A stretch of 64,000 nucleotides of DNA from Nitrosopumilus sp. (GCA_965214775.1 OZ243974.1:736001-800000); one strand, 5' to 3'; positions 50,697 through 60,792 are shown, numbered from the stretch's first letter. The notes: generated from the sequence alone by a model not told the origin. Program-made: numbers and translations.

Positions 50697-50909
50697 TTGC
50701 CTACAAGGGACTGCTTTGTTAAAAGTAAGGACGTGGCTTGGAAAAGGCAGACGTGACGATTGGCTGCATCCGATACCCTGGAAGTTCAGTAGTGCATTCC
50801 CGGTTTTTCAAGGCGACCTGGCTCAAATCAACTGCGAACTGACAGGCGCTCGCCAATTCATCAGAACCCCGCATGTGGATCCGGCAGATCACAAGTCCGT
50901 TCAGGTGGG

Positions 50910-50953
50910 GTACCTGTTCGATGTACCTGTTCGATGTACCTGTTCGATGTACC
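50910..50953. repeat. 13-bp tandem repeat GTACCTGTTCGAT, 3.4 copies
   Basis: Perfect units; abuts the M4 MITE. Confidence 0.9.
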
Positions 50954-51046
50954 GTATGTGGTCACGTCCCCTTGCTAGCTAGGCACGAAGATTACAATCA
51001 TTCATGCTAATTTGTGCCTGACTGATGGGGGTAGGTGACCTCGTAC
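50954..51046. mobile_element. MITE family M4, copy 2 (inverted relative to copy 1)
   Basis: gtatgtggtcacgtcccc...gtaggtgacctcgtac. Confidence 0.8.
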
Positions 51047-51117
51047 TACAATTCTGTTGACCATATTCTTCATTATTCTTCACTCTCGAATGAAAAAACC
51101 AAATTGTGATCAAAACC

Positions 51118-51312
51118 ATGTTCAAATTCATACAGAAAAAAAATGAAAAGACTGATTATATCGTTGGTGGCGATTGGTCAGAATTGAAAAAAACCTGGGA
51201 TAAATACAACAAAGCAGTTGAGGATCAAAATACTGAGAAAATTGAACAGTTCGCAAACAAAATTAGTCGTTTACAAGAAAAATTAGGAATACCAAAAACT
51301 GATTTTTCTTAA
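51118..51312 (+). CDS. Small helical hypothetical protein (64 aa)
   Basis: Intact paralogue of the pseudogene at 28454-28672. Confidence 0.7.
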   Translation: MFKFIQKKNEKTDYIVGGDWSELKKTWDKYNKAVEDQNTEKIEQFANKISRLQEKLGIPKTDFS

Positions 51313-51326
51313 TATTCTCTAATTTC

Positions 51327-52099
51327 TTATTTTGTTCTTAGCCATTCTTCAAATTCTCTAACTGATTTTTTTGGGATTTCAGTTGCAACTTTTACTGGAA
51401 ATCCAAATTTTTGTTTCATAAATTTAGTAAATGTTTCAAATCCCAACGGATACATCTGAATTTTAAACTGCCATAGAAATCCCCCGCTATCTTCTATTTT
51501 TTGTTTATACGGATTTAACCATCTACATGCAAATATTGGAGTTATTTTCAATTCTTTACATAAATTCAGTTTGATGCCCAATTCTGTGTTGTCCATTATG
51601 TCTAACTCATTCTTTACTTCAACACCAATTACAAGATCTTTTTCTTTGTGTTCTGCAAGTAAATCAATGGTATTGTTGATTCCTTCTAATTTTCGCCCCT
51701 TGTACGAATTTACATTGTATTCATCTGTTATTTCAAAACCTTGTACTCTAAGCTCATATTTTACTAAAGCATGTAGATGTTTTCCTAAAATGTTTGTTAA
51801 TTTCTGATTAGAATATTTGTCAATATGCTTGGCAGTTCTCTTTATCTTTGCCATAATTTTTTCTTCATCATTATAATTTGAAATAATTTTTTTTGGAAAA
51901 TAAAATAAAATTTTTGTCCCATATTTTGTTTTTATTTCCATTGAACTTAGAATACCTTCTCTCTCTAATTTTTTGAGTGTATCAGTTACTTTCCATGGAG
52001 GATACTTGTCTTCCCATTTTCTCTGAATTACTGAGGTAGGAATAGGTGTGAGATTAGGACGGTTATAATAATTAAAGAAGAACTTTCTTATTTTCTCCT
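51327..52099 (-). pseudogene. wHTH plus PD-(D/E)XK restriction-endonuclease-like gene, 5'-truncated by IS481
   Basis: TIDLLAE...IGVEVKN motif; the frame stays open upstream of ATG 51941 (EKIRKFFF...TLKKLEREGIL) up to the IS end; AT-rich. Confidence 0.7.
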
Positions 52100-53254
52100 T
52101 GTGGGATCCAGAAAGTAGTTCGCCCCCCCCCCTTATTTGACATCATACTCCTCTCCTGTCTGCCCGTCAATAACGGTTTCCCCCTCCTTGGGCATCTTTC
52201 TGAGAAATGCCTGTGCGGGCGTCTCCTGGTTGTCCCAGTCCAGCGACCTGTGGGGCCTGTCATGATTGTACCACTGCATGAACAGGTCTATCGGGTCGCT
52301 TTTTCTCATCATGATCTCCTCGAACTCGTGCAGCTTGCGCTGGATCTCCCCGTGGAGGCGCTCGACCTTTCCGTTGGTCTGGGGTCGTCCCACGCCTGCC
52401 AGGATCTGCCGTATTCCCAGTTCTGTCAGTTTCTTTTCAAACTCGCCTTCGCCCCTCTTTTTTGCCGTCTCTTTCTCGTTGGCATAGAACTGGCTGCCGT
52501 GGTCTGTCATGATCGAGGCCGGCTTGCCGTGCTTTTCTATTGCCGTCTCAAGCACTGCCAGGGCGTTTTTGGTCGTGGCATTATCAAAGATGCCATATCC
52601 GGTCACAAACCTGGAGGCATCGTCCTCGTAGCACAGGAACCATCTGCCGTCGTGCATTCCGCCGTGGATCTGCTTCCAGTCTGTATGCCACAGCGAGTTT
52701 GAGTGATCGCGCTCGTATCGGACCCACCTGTACCTTGTACCCTTGCTGGGCTGCGCCTCTGCCATCTCCTCGTCCCTCAGTATCTTGTGTATGATGCCGT
52801 GCGGGATATGGATTCCGGTCTGATTCGCTATGCGCTGCTGCAGTCCGGCAGCCCCCATGTGCTCTGCATGTCTGGCAGACATGACTGCAGAGTGCTCCCT
52901 GCGTCCGGGCAGACCGTTCTGGGGCCTTCCCATTGGCGCAGGATGCGATATCTCGCTTGCCGCAGGGCAGCCTTTGTGCCTGGCCCACAGCTTCTGGACC
53001 CACCGTACTGTCACGTCCATGGTTCCGGCTATCTGGGCGCAGGTAAGCTCGCCCTTTTTCTTTTCTTTCACTATCCATTGTACTTGGCTTTTCTCTAGCT
53101 TCATGCCGTTTGGGTGCTCAAGACTCACGTATTTACGGAGCTTTCGTCGCCAGACCCACACACCTGTACTTCCAGTGTGGGTCAGGCTTGCACATCTGCT
53201 CCTGACCGACTTTACACACTCGGAGAAGGGGTGAACTACTTTTTGGACTATACA
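52100..53254 (-). mobile_element. IS481-family insertion sequence
   Basis: TGT...ACA ends; TIRs tgtgggatccagaaagtagttcgccc and tgtatagtccaaaaagtagttcaccc; no TSD visible. Confidence 0.85.
52133..53161 (-). CDS. IS481-family (rve/DDE) transposase
   Basis: WHTDWK, EDDASRF, MTDHGSQF, PQTNGKVER and YNHDRPH motifs; the start lies inside the TIRs (GTG about 53161 or ATG 53104). Confidence 0.9.
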   Translation of the reverse strand: MWVWRRKLRKYVSLEHPNGMKLEKSQVQWIVKEKKKGELTCAQIAGTMDVTVRWVQKLWARHKGCPAASEISHPAPMGRPQNGLPGRREHSAVMSARHAEHMGAAGLQQRIANQTGIHIPHGIIHKILRDEEMAEAQPSKGTRYRWVRYERDHSNSLWHTDWKQIHGGMHDGRWFLCYEDDASRFVTGYGIFDNATTKNALAVLETAIEKHGKPASIMTDHGSQFYANEKETAKKRGEGEFEKKLTELGIRQILAGVGRPQTNGKVERLHGEIQRKLHEFEEIMMRKSDPIDLFMQWYNHDRPHRSLDWDNQETPAQAFLRKMPKEGETVIDGQTGEEYDVK

Positions 53255-53520
53255 CGTTGCTATACCCGCCCACAAGGTTTAATTGATGAGATATCCTATA
53301 ATTGTTAGGTGACAGCCAAGTGCGCTAGCCATACTATGCTAGCCTTTTTTTTAATTTTGGAAAAGACATGCCGGAACGTTTGGGCTGTATGACTGCCTTT
53401 CTAAAAACCTCAGACCGACGGGCGGTCGCAGTCTTGCTGCTGTCGCTCTTCCGAACTGCACCCAAGAACCGTGGGCTGCATTACCGGAAGACGCAACGAC
53501 CAGAAAACAAAGAAAGGATT

Positions 53521-55024
53521 CAGTAGTTCCTAGGTGTACTTTTGCAGACTGCCTCCTGACACGGCACCACTGCCGCCGCTACTACTACTACTTTCCGCGA
53601 TCGTTTACAAACGAGTCAGCTGCATCTGTAATGCACGCGGCAAACAACATCATGGTAAAATCCTTGCCTCCCGCAAATCCGTCCCACTTGGATTCCACAT
53701 CAATGAATATGGCAGTCCTCCAGAGATTGTACAGTATGAGGGGCATGTAGAATAACAACATCCTGACGACCGGCGAATTACTGCATGTCTTGCCCATTAC
53801 TCCCTTGATCACCCTGAACCCGGTCTCGATTCCCCACCGCATGCGGTACTCTTCTGGTATCTGAGCTATGACGTCCTCTACGCTTTTGGCAGGCATGTTG
53901 GTGGCAAAGACCAGGTATTCGTCTGCCGTTTCTTTTTTCTTTTCCTTCTTTTTTTCTGTGCATTCCTCTTTTGCTGTGTCATTGTTTTCATTTTCATTTT
54001 CGTCTTCCTCCTCCTTTTTTACAATGACCAGCCTGAACGTGACGTTTTTGCCCTCCTTGTTAGTCATGGTATAGTCAGATATCGCGTCGCGCTTTTTATG
54101 GTGGTGCTCCTCTATTGCCGCCTTTATCCTCTTGTTCTTGGCGGCAGGCATGACGTAGAAGCCCTGGCTTTTGCCTGCAGCCACCATGCAGTTGACATTA
54201 AAGAATCCCCGGTCATACAGGAACATCCTGATCTTCGTCCCTGATCTGGACGCTTTGCGGATCATTTTAGGCACGAAATCGGCCAGTTTTGCATCTTTTG
54301 GAAGCTGCAGCGAGGAAAGCACGAGGTCTGAGCCGTCATCTGATCCTACTCCGTGCACGGTAATGTGCGAGAGAAAAGTAGACGTGCCGTTCTTGGGCTT
54401 TGACTTTCTGGCGACGTCCTTTAGGCCCTTGCCATAGTATTCGACGTCGGTGACATCCACTGCCACTACGTCCGTGTTGTGTAACATGCCGGACCTGCGG
54501 CCGTTTCTTACCGTGTGCTGTAGCATGGAGTTGCACCACCTTTGCATCCGATCCGGGCTGACGCTCCGGATGGTCTTTAAGATCCACTCCGGGTGGGGCG
54601 TACGGGAGCTGTATGCGCCGCCCTTCTTGGAGAAGGTAGCAGCAGCAGCAGTAGTAGTAGTAGCAGTCCCGCCGTCATGCTGCTGCTGCCTGCGGTATTT
54701 TGAGGCCTTCCTGCGAAGATGCGTCACGGCAGACCTGAAAAACATCTTCCTATCAGACATGAGGCTTAGCACGCGCAGTACGTCGGCATGGCCGTACACC
54801 GCGTTGTGACTCTTTGAGACTGCCATTTCGAGCTTGTGGAACCGCCGTCGCAATGTTTTAAACTGTCGTGATGCTATGTCATACTGGTGTGCAAACACAT
54901 CGTTTTGTGTTGGTATCATCATGATGATGTTTGACACACCTTCTGATCTAAGATCGTAATGGTCAAAAAATCTCGGCAAATTACGTAATTATCGTGCCTT
55001 CAAAAGTACATCTGGGAACTACTG
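53521..55024 (-). mobile_element. ISH3-family insertion sequence
   Basis: 24-bp TIR CAGTAGTTCC(T/C)AG(G/A)TGTACTTTTG; 4-bp TSD GATT. Confidence 0.85.
53588..54979 (-). CDS. ISH3/IS4-superfamily transposase
   Basis: AVDVTDVEYYG, LYDRGF, FATN and YRMRWGIETGFR motifs; low-complexity inserts. Confidence 0.88.
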   Translation of the reverse strand: MPRFFDHYDLRSEGVSNIIMMIPTQNDVFAHQYDIASRQFKTLRRRFHKLEMAVSKSHNAVYGHADVLRVLSLMSDRKMFFRSAVTHLRRKASKYRRQQQHDGGTATTTTAAAATFSKKGGAYSSRTPHPEWILKTIRSVSPDRMQRWCNSMLQHTVRNGRRSGMLHNTDVVAVDVTDVEYYGKGLKDVARKSKPKNGTSTFLSHITVHGVGSDDGSDLVLSSLQLPKDAKLADFVPKMIRKASRSGTKIRMFLYDRGFFNVNCMVAAGKSQGFYVMPAAKNKRIKAAIEEHHHKKRDAISDYTMTNKEGKNVTFRLVIVKKEEEDENENENNDTAKEECTEKKKEKKKETADEYLVFATNMPAKSVEDVIAQIPEEYRMRWGIETGFRVIKGVMGKTCSNSPVVRMLLFYMPLILYNLWRTAIFIDVESKWDGFAGGKDFTMMLFAACITDAADSFVNDRGK

Positions 55025-55177
55025 GATTCAAGGGAACTCAGAGAGATGATCCGAAATTAGAGACCGTACGAATTTTTCAAGTAATTTCACAGATAACTTG
55101 TATTTTGTTGGTGTTTTGAACTGTTTTATGCAAATTCGTTCACAAATAATCAGAGTTTGCTAATTTCGAATCAACTC

Positions 55178-55670
55178 TCTGCGTGAATCCTGATACGCCG
55201 GGAAAGATCCTGCTTGCAGACGGCGCATACGGCTCAAGGAAGAACGTAGCCGAGTGCCACAAGCGCGGCATAAAACCACTCATACGGCTTTTGACAAGCT
55301 GTACTGCAAAGGGCAAGGGCACCGGCGACAAGTGGGGCCGGCTGGTGCGATGGCAGCTTGGGGGCGGCCCGAGGTGCCGGTGGGTGATCTCTCAAAGGAG
55401 GAAAGACAGGAGAACCTGCGGTACTCGAAGAGCACGGTCGGCTTTGGCAGCAGATGGATAGTCGAGATCGTGATATCGTCCATAAAGCGCATGTTCGGCG
55501 AGGGTGTAATGGCCCTCAAGTGGTCCAATGTGGTGCAGGAGGTAAAGCTGAGGATATGGCTGTACAACAAGTGGATCGCAGAGGCGGTGGCGGCTGCCGT
55601 GTAGGAACCGGGCGCCGGTAGTGATCCGGGCGGACTGACTTGGCTCTAGTCGGAGTTATCCAACAAACTA
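55178..55670 (+). pseudogene. IS5-family (IS903-like) 3' remnant, frameshifted
   Basis: LLADGAYGS and SRWIVEIVISSIKRMFG fragments in different frames; end ggagttatccaacaaact resembles the IS903-group IR. Confidence 0.7.
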
Positions 55671-55774
55671 TGTTGCAAGAAATGTTTTTTTACGTGAACG
55701 AGTGCACTTGTACTGTGAGGCCTCGATACTGGAAAGAAAGACGATCCCCACATCCCGTAAAAATCGACTTGGGA

Positions 55775-57196
55775 ATGGATATTAAAAATTTTGGTCCAGT
55801 CACAAGGGGCACCCTGAACATAAGGCCCCTAACCATCTTTATCGGTCCCAACAATTCAGGCAAGTCGTATGTCGCGATGCTAATACACTCGATTCTGTCA
55901 TCTGCGAACAAAATCAACGAATTCGGATCGTACGGGCTTCCAAACCAAGACCTGATGGACATATACAGTATGAGTGATGAAAAGCTGAAAGACATTGTGG
56001 ATAAAAACAAAGACAAACAGAGGTTTGCCATTCCAGCAGAACTTGTCAAAGAAGTCCGCTCTCACATCATCCAAAGTGTTTTTAGCAATGTGCTAGAGTC
56101 CTCAATCAGTCGTAATTTTGGCTCCACGACACGCGATCTTGTCAGGTCCGGACAAAGGAGTGCAAAGGTTACCGTGCATGACTCCATCAATCTCGATATA
56201 AAGATTGGCAAGAAGTTAAGCGTAATGGAACGCGTTAACGCTGCCCAAAAAGAATACGAGGTCAGCATCTCCCCAAAGGGACCCAAATATCAAGTGCAAG
56301 AGAAGTCAGATGCTAATTCTTCTATAGTCTTTCTGAGCAAGTCTGCGGGAGTTGATTTTTTCAAGTATAATTTGGCCTCTTGGCTAGTCTCTTCAATCTC
56401 TCGTGACATCACACACGACAACATTCCTAGCGACTCGTTTTATTTTCCGGCAGCAAGATCCGGAATACTACAAGGCCACAAGGCGCTTTCTGCAAGCATC
56501 ATCAAAAGTGCCCCGTTTGGCGGCATTGAGCCGTTGCACATTCCCAAGCTGACGGGGGTGGTGTCGGATTTTATATCCGAGATTATCCTTATTCCTCGCA
56601 AACAGGGACCTTTATTCAAGCTTGCCAGACAGCTAGAGGAGGATCTTCTTCACGGACACATCAAACTGTCTTCATTTAAAAAGGAGACCTTTCCCGAAAT
56701 CGTTTACAGTTCAGAACAGGGCGACATCCCATTACACAGAACATCGTCAACGATCTCCGAGATTGCCCCGTTTACTTTGTATTTAAAACACATAGTGTAC
56801 ACCGGCGACATGTTGGTTATTGAAGAGCCCGAAGCACATCTGCACCCCAAAAACCAGCTAATCTTTGCAGAATATATCGTAAAGATGATCCGACAGGGAC
56901 TTAACGTGCTAGTTACCACCCACAGCGTATTCTTGCTAGAACAACTGAACCAGTCAATGCTTGCCAGCAGACTTCCACCCGAGCTAAGAAAAAAACAAGG
57001 ATTTGGCGGGGATGATGGCTATCTGCTGCCAGAGGAAATAGCTCCATACGTCTTTAAGGACGACGGCGACGGCCACCGCATTGTTCCCATTGAGACAGAC
57101 GACGAGGAGGGCATATCCCAGGAAGAATTCGTAGAGATAAACGAGTACCTCTACTCGAAATCAGTCAAACTTTCACAGAATCTGTCGGAGAACTAG
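55775..57196 (+). CDS. ABC-type (AAA_15/AAA_21-like) ATPase
   Basis: IKNFGP...IFIGPNNSGKS (Walker A), YFPAARSG, LVIEEPEAHLHP (Walker B) and VTTHS (H-loop); start uncertain (55682-55775). Confidence 0.88.
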   Translation: MDIKNFGPVTRGTLNIRPLTIFIGPNNSGKSYVAMLIHSILSSANKINEFGSYGLPNQDLMDIYSMSDEKLKDIVDKNKDKQRFAIPAELVKEVRSHIIQSVFSNVLESSISRNFGSTTRDLVRSGQRSAKVTVHDSINLDIKIGKKLSVMERVNAAQKEYEVSISPKGPKYQVQEKSDANSSIVFLSKSAGVDFFKYNLASWLVSSISRDITHDNIPSDSFYFPAARSGILQGHKALSASIIKSAPFGGIEPLHIPKLTGVVSDFISEIILIPRKQGPLFKLARQLEEDLLHGHIKLSSFKKETFPEIVYSSEQGDIPLHRTSSTISEIAPFTLYLKHIVYTGDMLVIEEPEAHLHPKNQLIFAEYIVKMIRQGLNVLVTTHSVFLLEQLNQSMLASRLPPELRKKQGFGGDDGYLLPEEIAPYVFKDDGDGHRIVPIETDDEEGISQEEFVEINEYLYSKSVKLSQNLSEN

Positions 57197-57290
57197 GATG
57201 TCCCTGCAAAAAATCAAAAACATGTACTCTTGGGCAGAAATTTCCCGCTGTAATGAGCGCTGCAACATCCGCATAGATACGGGGAGGAAT

Positions 57291-58879
57291 AGACCTTATG
57301 CGTAATCGACTGGATCGAAATATTACGTTTGCAAGCTGACCATGCATGCAGAACCGGCAGCGTCATACGGCATGTGCAAAGGCGGCAGAGGACACCGCAC
57401 CGCATGTCATGAGCCCGTCTAGCTGACAAAAACTGTAGTATCGTGCGGCATCGTGTGGCGCCGCAATGCGCTCCGCGTCGTAATATCAGAACCCAAGCCT
57501 GAGCTTCTTGTCCCGCTTGTCCCACAGCGTCCTAAAGTTGGCAAGCCCGGCTGTCACCTGGAACTCCCGGTCAAACTCCTCGGCCGTCCCGTCGTACGGG
57601 TCGCGCATCCGCTTGTACTGTTTTACCAGCCATATGGCATGCTCGACTGTCACCCTCTCGCTACTTGTCCTCCTGTTCTGTGCGCGCTGTTTCTTTGTAA
57701 GATTGTCCCCCTTTGGTTTCTTGTGGGGCTGCATGGATATGACCCCTGGGTACATTTTTTTGATTCCAAGGTACCCAAGATCCGATAACAGTTTTACCTT
57801 CTCGTCATCGGGATGCTTCCTGTTGCTGCGCATCCTGGCAGTCAGGATTCCCAGCTCCGGGGGGTTGTCCCTTATCATGGTGAGGTCGTGCGCGCTTCCC
57901 GGAGCCGACTTGCTTGCGTATATTATCAGCCTGTCCTTGTTGGTCATTACCTGGACGTTGCGCGTAAAGCTCTTCTTCTTGCCAGAGTACGCCTCCTTTC
58001 TTGGCTCCCTGTCTGTGGGGCGCTGTATGTCTATGTGCGTGCCGTCGACGGCTACGGTCAGGTCGGGGACGATCTTCATCAGATCCTCTATGGTGCATGT
58101 GTTTCGTATCTTCTGCGATATTTTATACGGCGTGGGCAGTATCTCAAGGAATATGATGTCAGAAAACTTGATGTACCTGCATACGGTGCTCTGGTCTATG
58201 CCAAAGAATGCCGCCAGCTGCTCCTGGATGAGGTTTCCGCGCTTGCGCATCAGGGCCAGCAGGAAGGCGTGTCTGTAGGACAGCTTGCACCGGTTTCCGG
58301 GCCCGTCGTCCTCGTCCTCAGAAAACAGGGGGCATTCTGTATGCTTTTTGGCCTTCTCCATATACAGGTTTAATATATATTCAAACTGACGCAGGTTCAG
58401 GGACGTGGTGGCCTGCAGGGATCGGCCGCCGATTATGTCCTCGAGCACCTCGAGCCTGTGCATGAACGCGACGTTCTCTGTGGTACGCCTTTTGTCATTC
58501 CATGTTACAGGCCAGAACCCGCGCTCAAAGTCCAGCCTCTGGTTTAACTGCCCTATCTTGTCCTGGGCCTGCTCGTACATTTGCCTGTACTGTGCATTCT
58601 CCCTCCCTTGCTGCTTGGCCTCCCTCTTGTACTGCATCTTCTCCTGCTCGTACATTTGCCTGTACTGCTCATTCTCTTTGCTCAGTTGCCGTATAAGCAC
58701 GGTCTCGGATTTTGCCATCACTCCTGTTCGAGGATGGATCCCGGATCTAAATCAACCGACTGAAAATAGTCGCAGTTTTGATCAAATATTTTGGACAATG
58801 CGAGGCGCTGCCTGCCAGCCTGATGCATGATCAGCTTGCAAACAGGATATTTCGATCCGGGCGATTACGCATAAAGTCT
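57291..58879 (-). mobile_element. IS5/PIF-Harbinger-like (DDE_Tnp_4) insertion sequence
   Basis: About 60-70-bp imperfect TIRs starting AGAC(C/T)TTATGCGTAATCG; 3-bp TSD AAT. Confidence 0.88.
57486..58721 (-). CDS. DDE_Tnp_4-type transposase with N-terminal coiled-coil repeat
   Basis: LAAFFGIDQSTVCR (HTH), AVDGTH, YSGKKK, HD, SDLGY and RVTVEH motifs. Confidence 0.9.
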   Translation of the reverse strand: MMAKSETVLIRQLSKENEQYRQMYEQEKMQYKREAKQQGRENAQYRQMYEQAQDKIGQLNQRLDFERGFWPVTWNDKRRTTENVAFMHRLEVLEDIIGGRSLQATTSLNLRQFEYILNLYMEKAKKHTECPLFSEDEDDGPGNRCKLSYRHAFLLALMRKRGNLIQEQLAAFFGIDQSTVCRYIKFSDIIFLEILPTPYKISQKIRNTCTIEDLMKIVPDLTVAVDGTHIDIQRPTDREPRKEAYSGKKKSFTRNVQVMTNKDRLIIYASKSAPGSAHDLTMIRDNPPELGILTARMRSNRKHPDDEKVKLLSDLGYLGIKKMYPGVISMQPHKKPKGDNLTKKQRAQNRRTSSERVTVEHAIWLVKQYKRMRDPYDGTAEEFDREFQVTAGLANFRTLWDKRDKKLRLGF

Positions 58880-59268
58880 AATTTTGTCATGTTAAAGGGG
58901 GAGCTGCTGGTGCGGCACCTGCCGGAAAAAACATGCGATTGTATAATCTTTCAAAATGATAAAAAGATTGCAATTGTTGAGTTAAAGAGCGCATCGCTTG
59001 ATGCCAAGAAAATCATCGAGAAGTTTTCCAACAGCGCAAGAAAATCAATCGACATAGCAGTCAATGCCTTCTGCGCATCCAAAAAAGATGATTTTACGCC
59101 ATATCTTATTTTACTGGCAAAAAAATATGCCAACTACTTTGCACATGACAAACTCCAAAGATCCAAAATCCCAATCAACGGAAAAAACCATCGCATAATT
59201 CTTGGCAGGTGCGGATGCTCTTTGAGCAGCTACATCAGTTCACAGAAACGTCACAGAAAATAAACGCA

Positions 59269-59341
59269 AGACTTTGTATTTGTCAAAAGTGGTGTAAAAG
59301 ATGCCTGATTTTTTGATCTGCGCCGATTACGTATAAAGTCT
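59269..59341. mobile_element. Short derivative of the 57291-58879 element
   Basis: agactttgta...gattacgtataaagtct; related solo ends at about 60007 and 63108. Confidence 0.5.
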
Positions 59342-59456
59342 ATGGAGAATCACCAAACAGGGATTGTCCACGGTCAGGGTCACATGTTTTTTGGCACTAG
59401 TGCCTTTTCCTTTGGGATGCCTGCAGGCAAACTACTTTGGAGTCCGGTCACACATG

Positions 59457-59713
59457 GGAGGTTGTCGCCTAATTCCACTTGTCTGACTGTAACAGGATAG
59501 CCCCTGCCTAGGCAGCAATCAGGCATGAATCTGCCTGCAGTTGTGATTTTCATGCCTGGCCGGCAAGGGATGCAACTCCAACTCTAGGCAGGGGCTAACC
59601 TGTTACGTCTGACTCAATCTGCACGTTTTCTGAGTTTCCGTCCTTTTGCACGCCTGATCCATATGGCATCTCAATGGTTTTCAAAAATTCGGGTGAATTA
59701 GGTAACAACCTCC
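59457..59713. mobile_element. MITE family M3 carrying a nested M5 MITE
   Basis: Ends ggaggttgtcgcctaatt...aattaggtaacaacctcc. Confidence 0.8.
59489..59606. mobile_element. 118-bp MITE (family M5, IS66-like)
   Basis: 23-bp TIR GTAACAGG(A/T)TAGCCCCTGCCTAG; 8-bp TSD GTCTGACT. Confidence 0.9.
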
Positions 59714-59795
59714 ATACATGGTGCCTTCAACCCACGCTCAGATTGAATCACGCAAAACCTCAAACTAATTATACCGATTGGGCGATCGGAGTACA

Positions 59796-59975
59796 ATGAC
59801 TGGTAGATCTACACAGTCCGTGAAAAAATTCAAGCCCGCCAGCCAATGGATTGCGCTTGAAGGGGACAGGATCATTGCCAAAGGGGTAGATCTGGCAGAA
59901 GTGTACGTCAATGCAATGACTCGGGCAAAATCAAGGCCCCAATTCAAAAGAATTGCCAACGATGCTAGGTCATAG
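59796..59975 (+). CDS. DUF5678-like small protein
   Basis: QWIALEGDRIIAKGVDLAEVY pattern. Confidence 0.55.
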   Translation: MTGRSTQSVKKFKPASQWIALEGDRIIAKGVDLAEVYVNAMTRAKSRPQFKRIANDARS

Positions 59976-60180
59976 CAGATACCACCTTGAATCCCACCCA
60001 CATAGTAGACTTTGCGTAATTGGCCCATCTGATCTAAAAATATCACATAACAGATCATGGTTTGCATACCGGCGTTGCCCAGAATCATGATTCTAGGGCG
60101 TGATTTCCTAGGAGATTTGTGCAAAATCATGGCGCAATGACTGCAAACACAGAGACGAATCCGCACTCCGGCCCGCATTG

Positions 60181-60250
60181 TATGGCAACAAGCACAAGTC
60201 TTTGAGTCAAAACAGGATTCATTCCAAAGGCATAATGATCATACAACCGT
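60181..60250 (+). mobile_element. Orphan IS630-type left end
   Basis: Aligns with 63144-63210. Confidence 0.65.
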
Positions 60251-60340
60251 AATGCGCACAGTTGAAATCCGAACACTTTCTATCAAAATAGGCACGATAT
60301 GCCAAAATTACGGTCCGTTTTTTTTTTTGATGTGCGCACT
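60251..60340. mobile_element. MITE family M2, copy 3
   Basis: tgcgcacagttgaaatcc...tttgatgtgcgcact. Confidence 0.78.
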
Positions 60341-60792
60341 ATGATACTCCCTTGTGTCCGGGCCTGCGGCCCGGCTTTGCCTTTGCAGATGCCGGTACGT
60401 TGCCTGATGCCTTTGCAGCAGCAGTCTTTTTCTGCCTGGTCGGAATCGAGTTCTGCGAGACGGGGTGTGCGGGTTTTCGTAGTATTTGATGTGCTGTTTG
60501 AGCTGCTGGTTTTCTGCTGTCAGCATCGTCTTTTCTGCCGTGACCTCGGCCAGCTGTTCGATAAGCCCGACTATTGTCAGATCCTTGCCTGCGATGGTTC
60601 TGTCCTTGTCTGCGATGGTTCTGTCCTTCCTGCCTAATTCGGCTATGGTGCGGGCCAGCTCGTCGCGCAGTATCTTGGTCTCTGAATCAGGCATGAATAC
60701 AGGTGTGGTCTAGACGCATATTGATCCAGATGGTAATCAAAAATTGTCCTGGTGTTCAATCTAAATTATGCGGAGGAGTGGTAAACTCTTAC
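60341..60792 (-). pseudogene. IS66-family 5' remnant (transposase N-terminal coiled coil)
   Basis: MPDSETKIL...YYENPHTPS; the left end reads GTAAGAGTTTACC on the minus strand at 60792. Confidence 0.65.

Larger units (their letters stand above)
57198..59263 (+). pseudogene. 157-aa PD-(D/E)XK-like partner of the ATPase, split by an IS (segments 57198-57290 and 58883-59263)
   Basis: Removing the IS and one AAT gives in-frame MSLQKIK...DTGRN/FVMLKGE...CDCIIF...IVELKS. Confidence 0.8.

Noticed and set aside
55640-55774. ORF-track N-terminus of the ATPase from TTG 55640
   Set aside because: It begins inside the IS5 remnant end; family similarity starts only near KIDLGMDIKNFGP.
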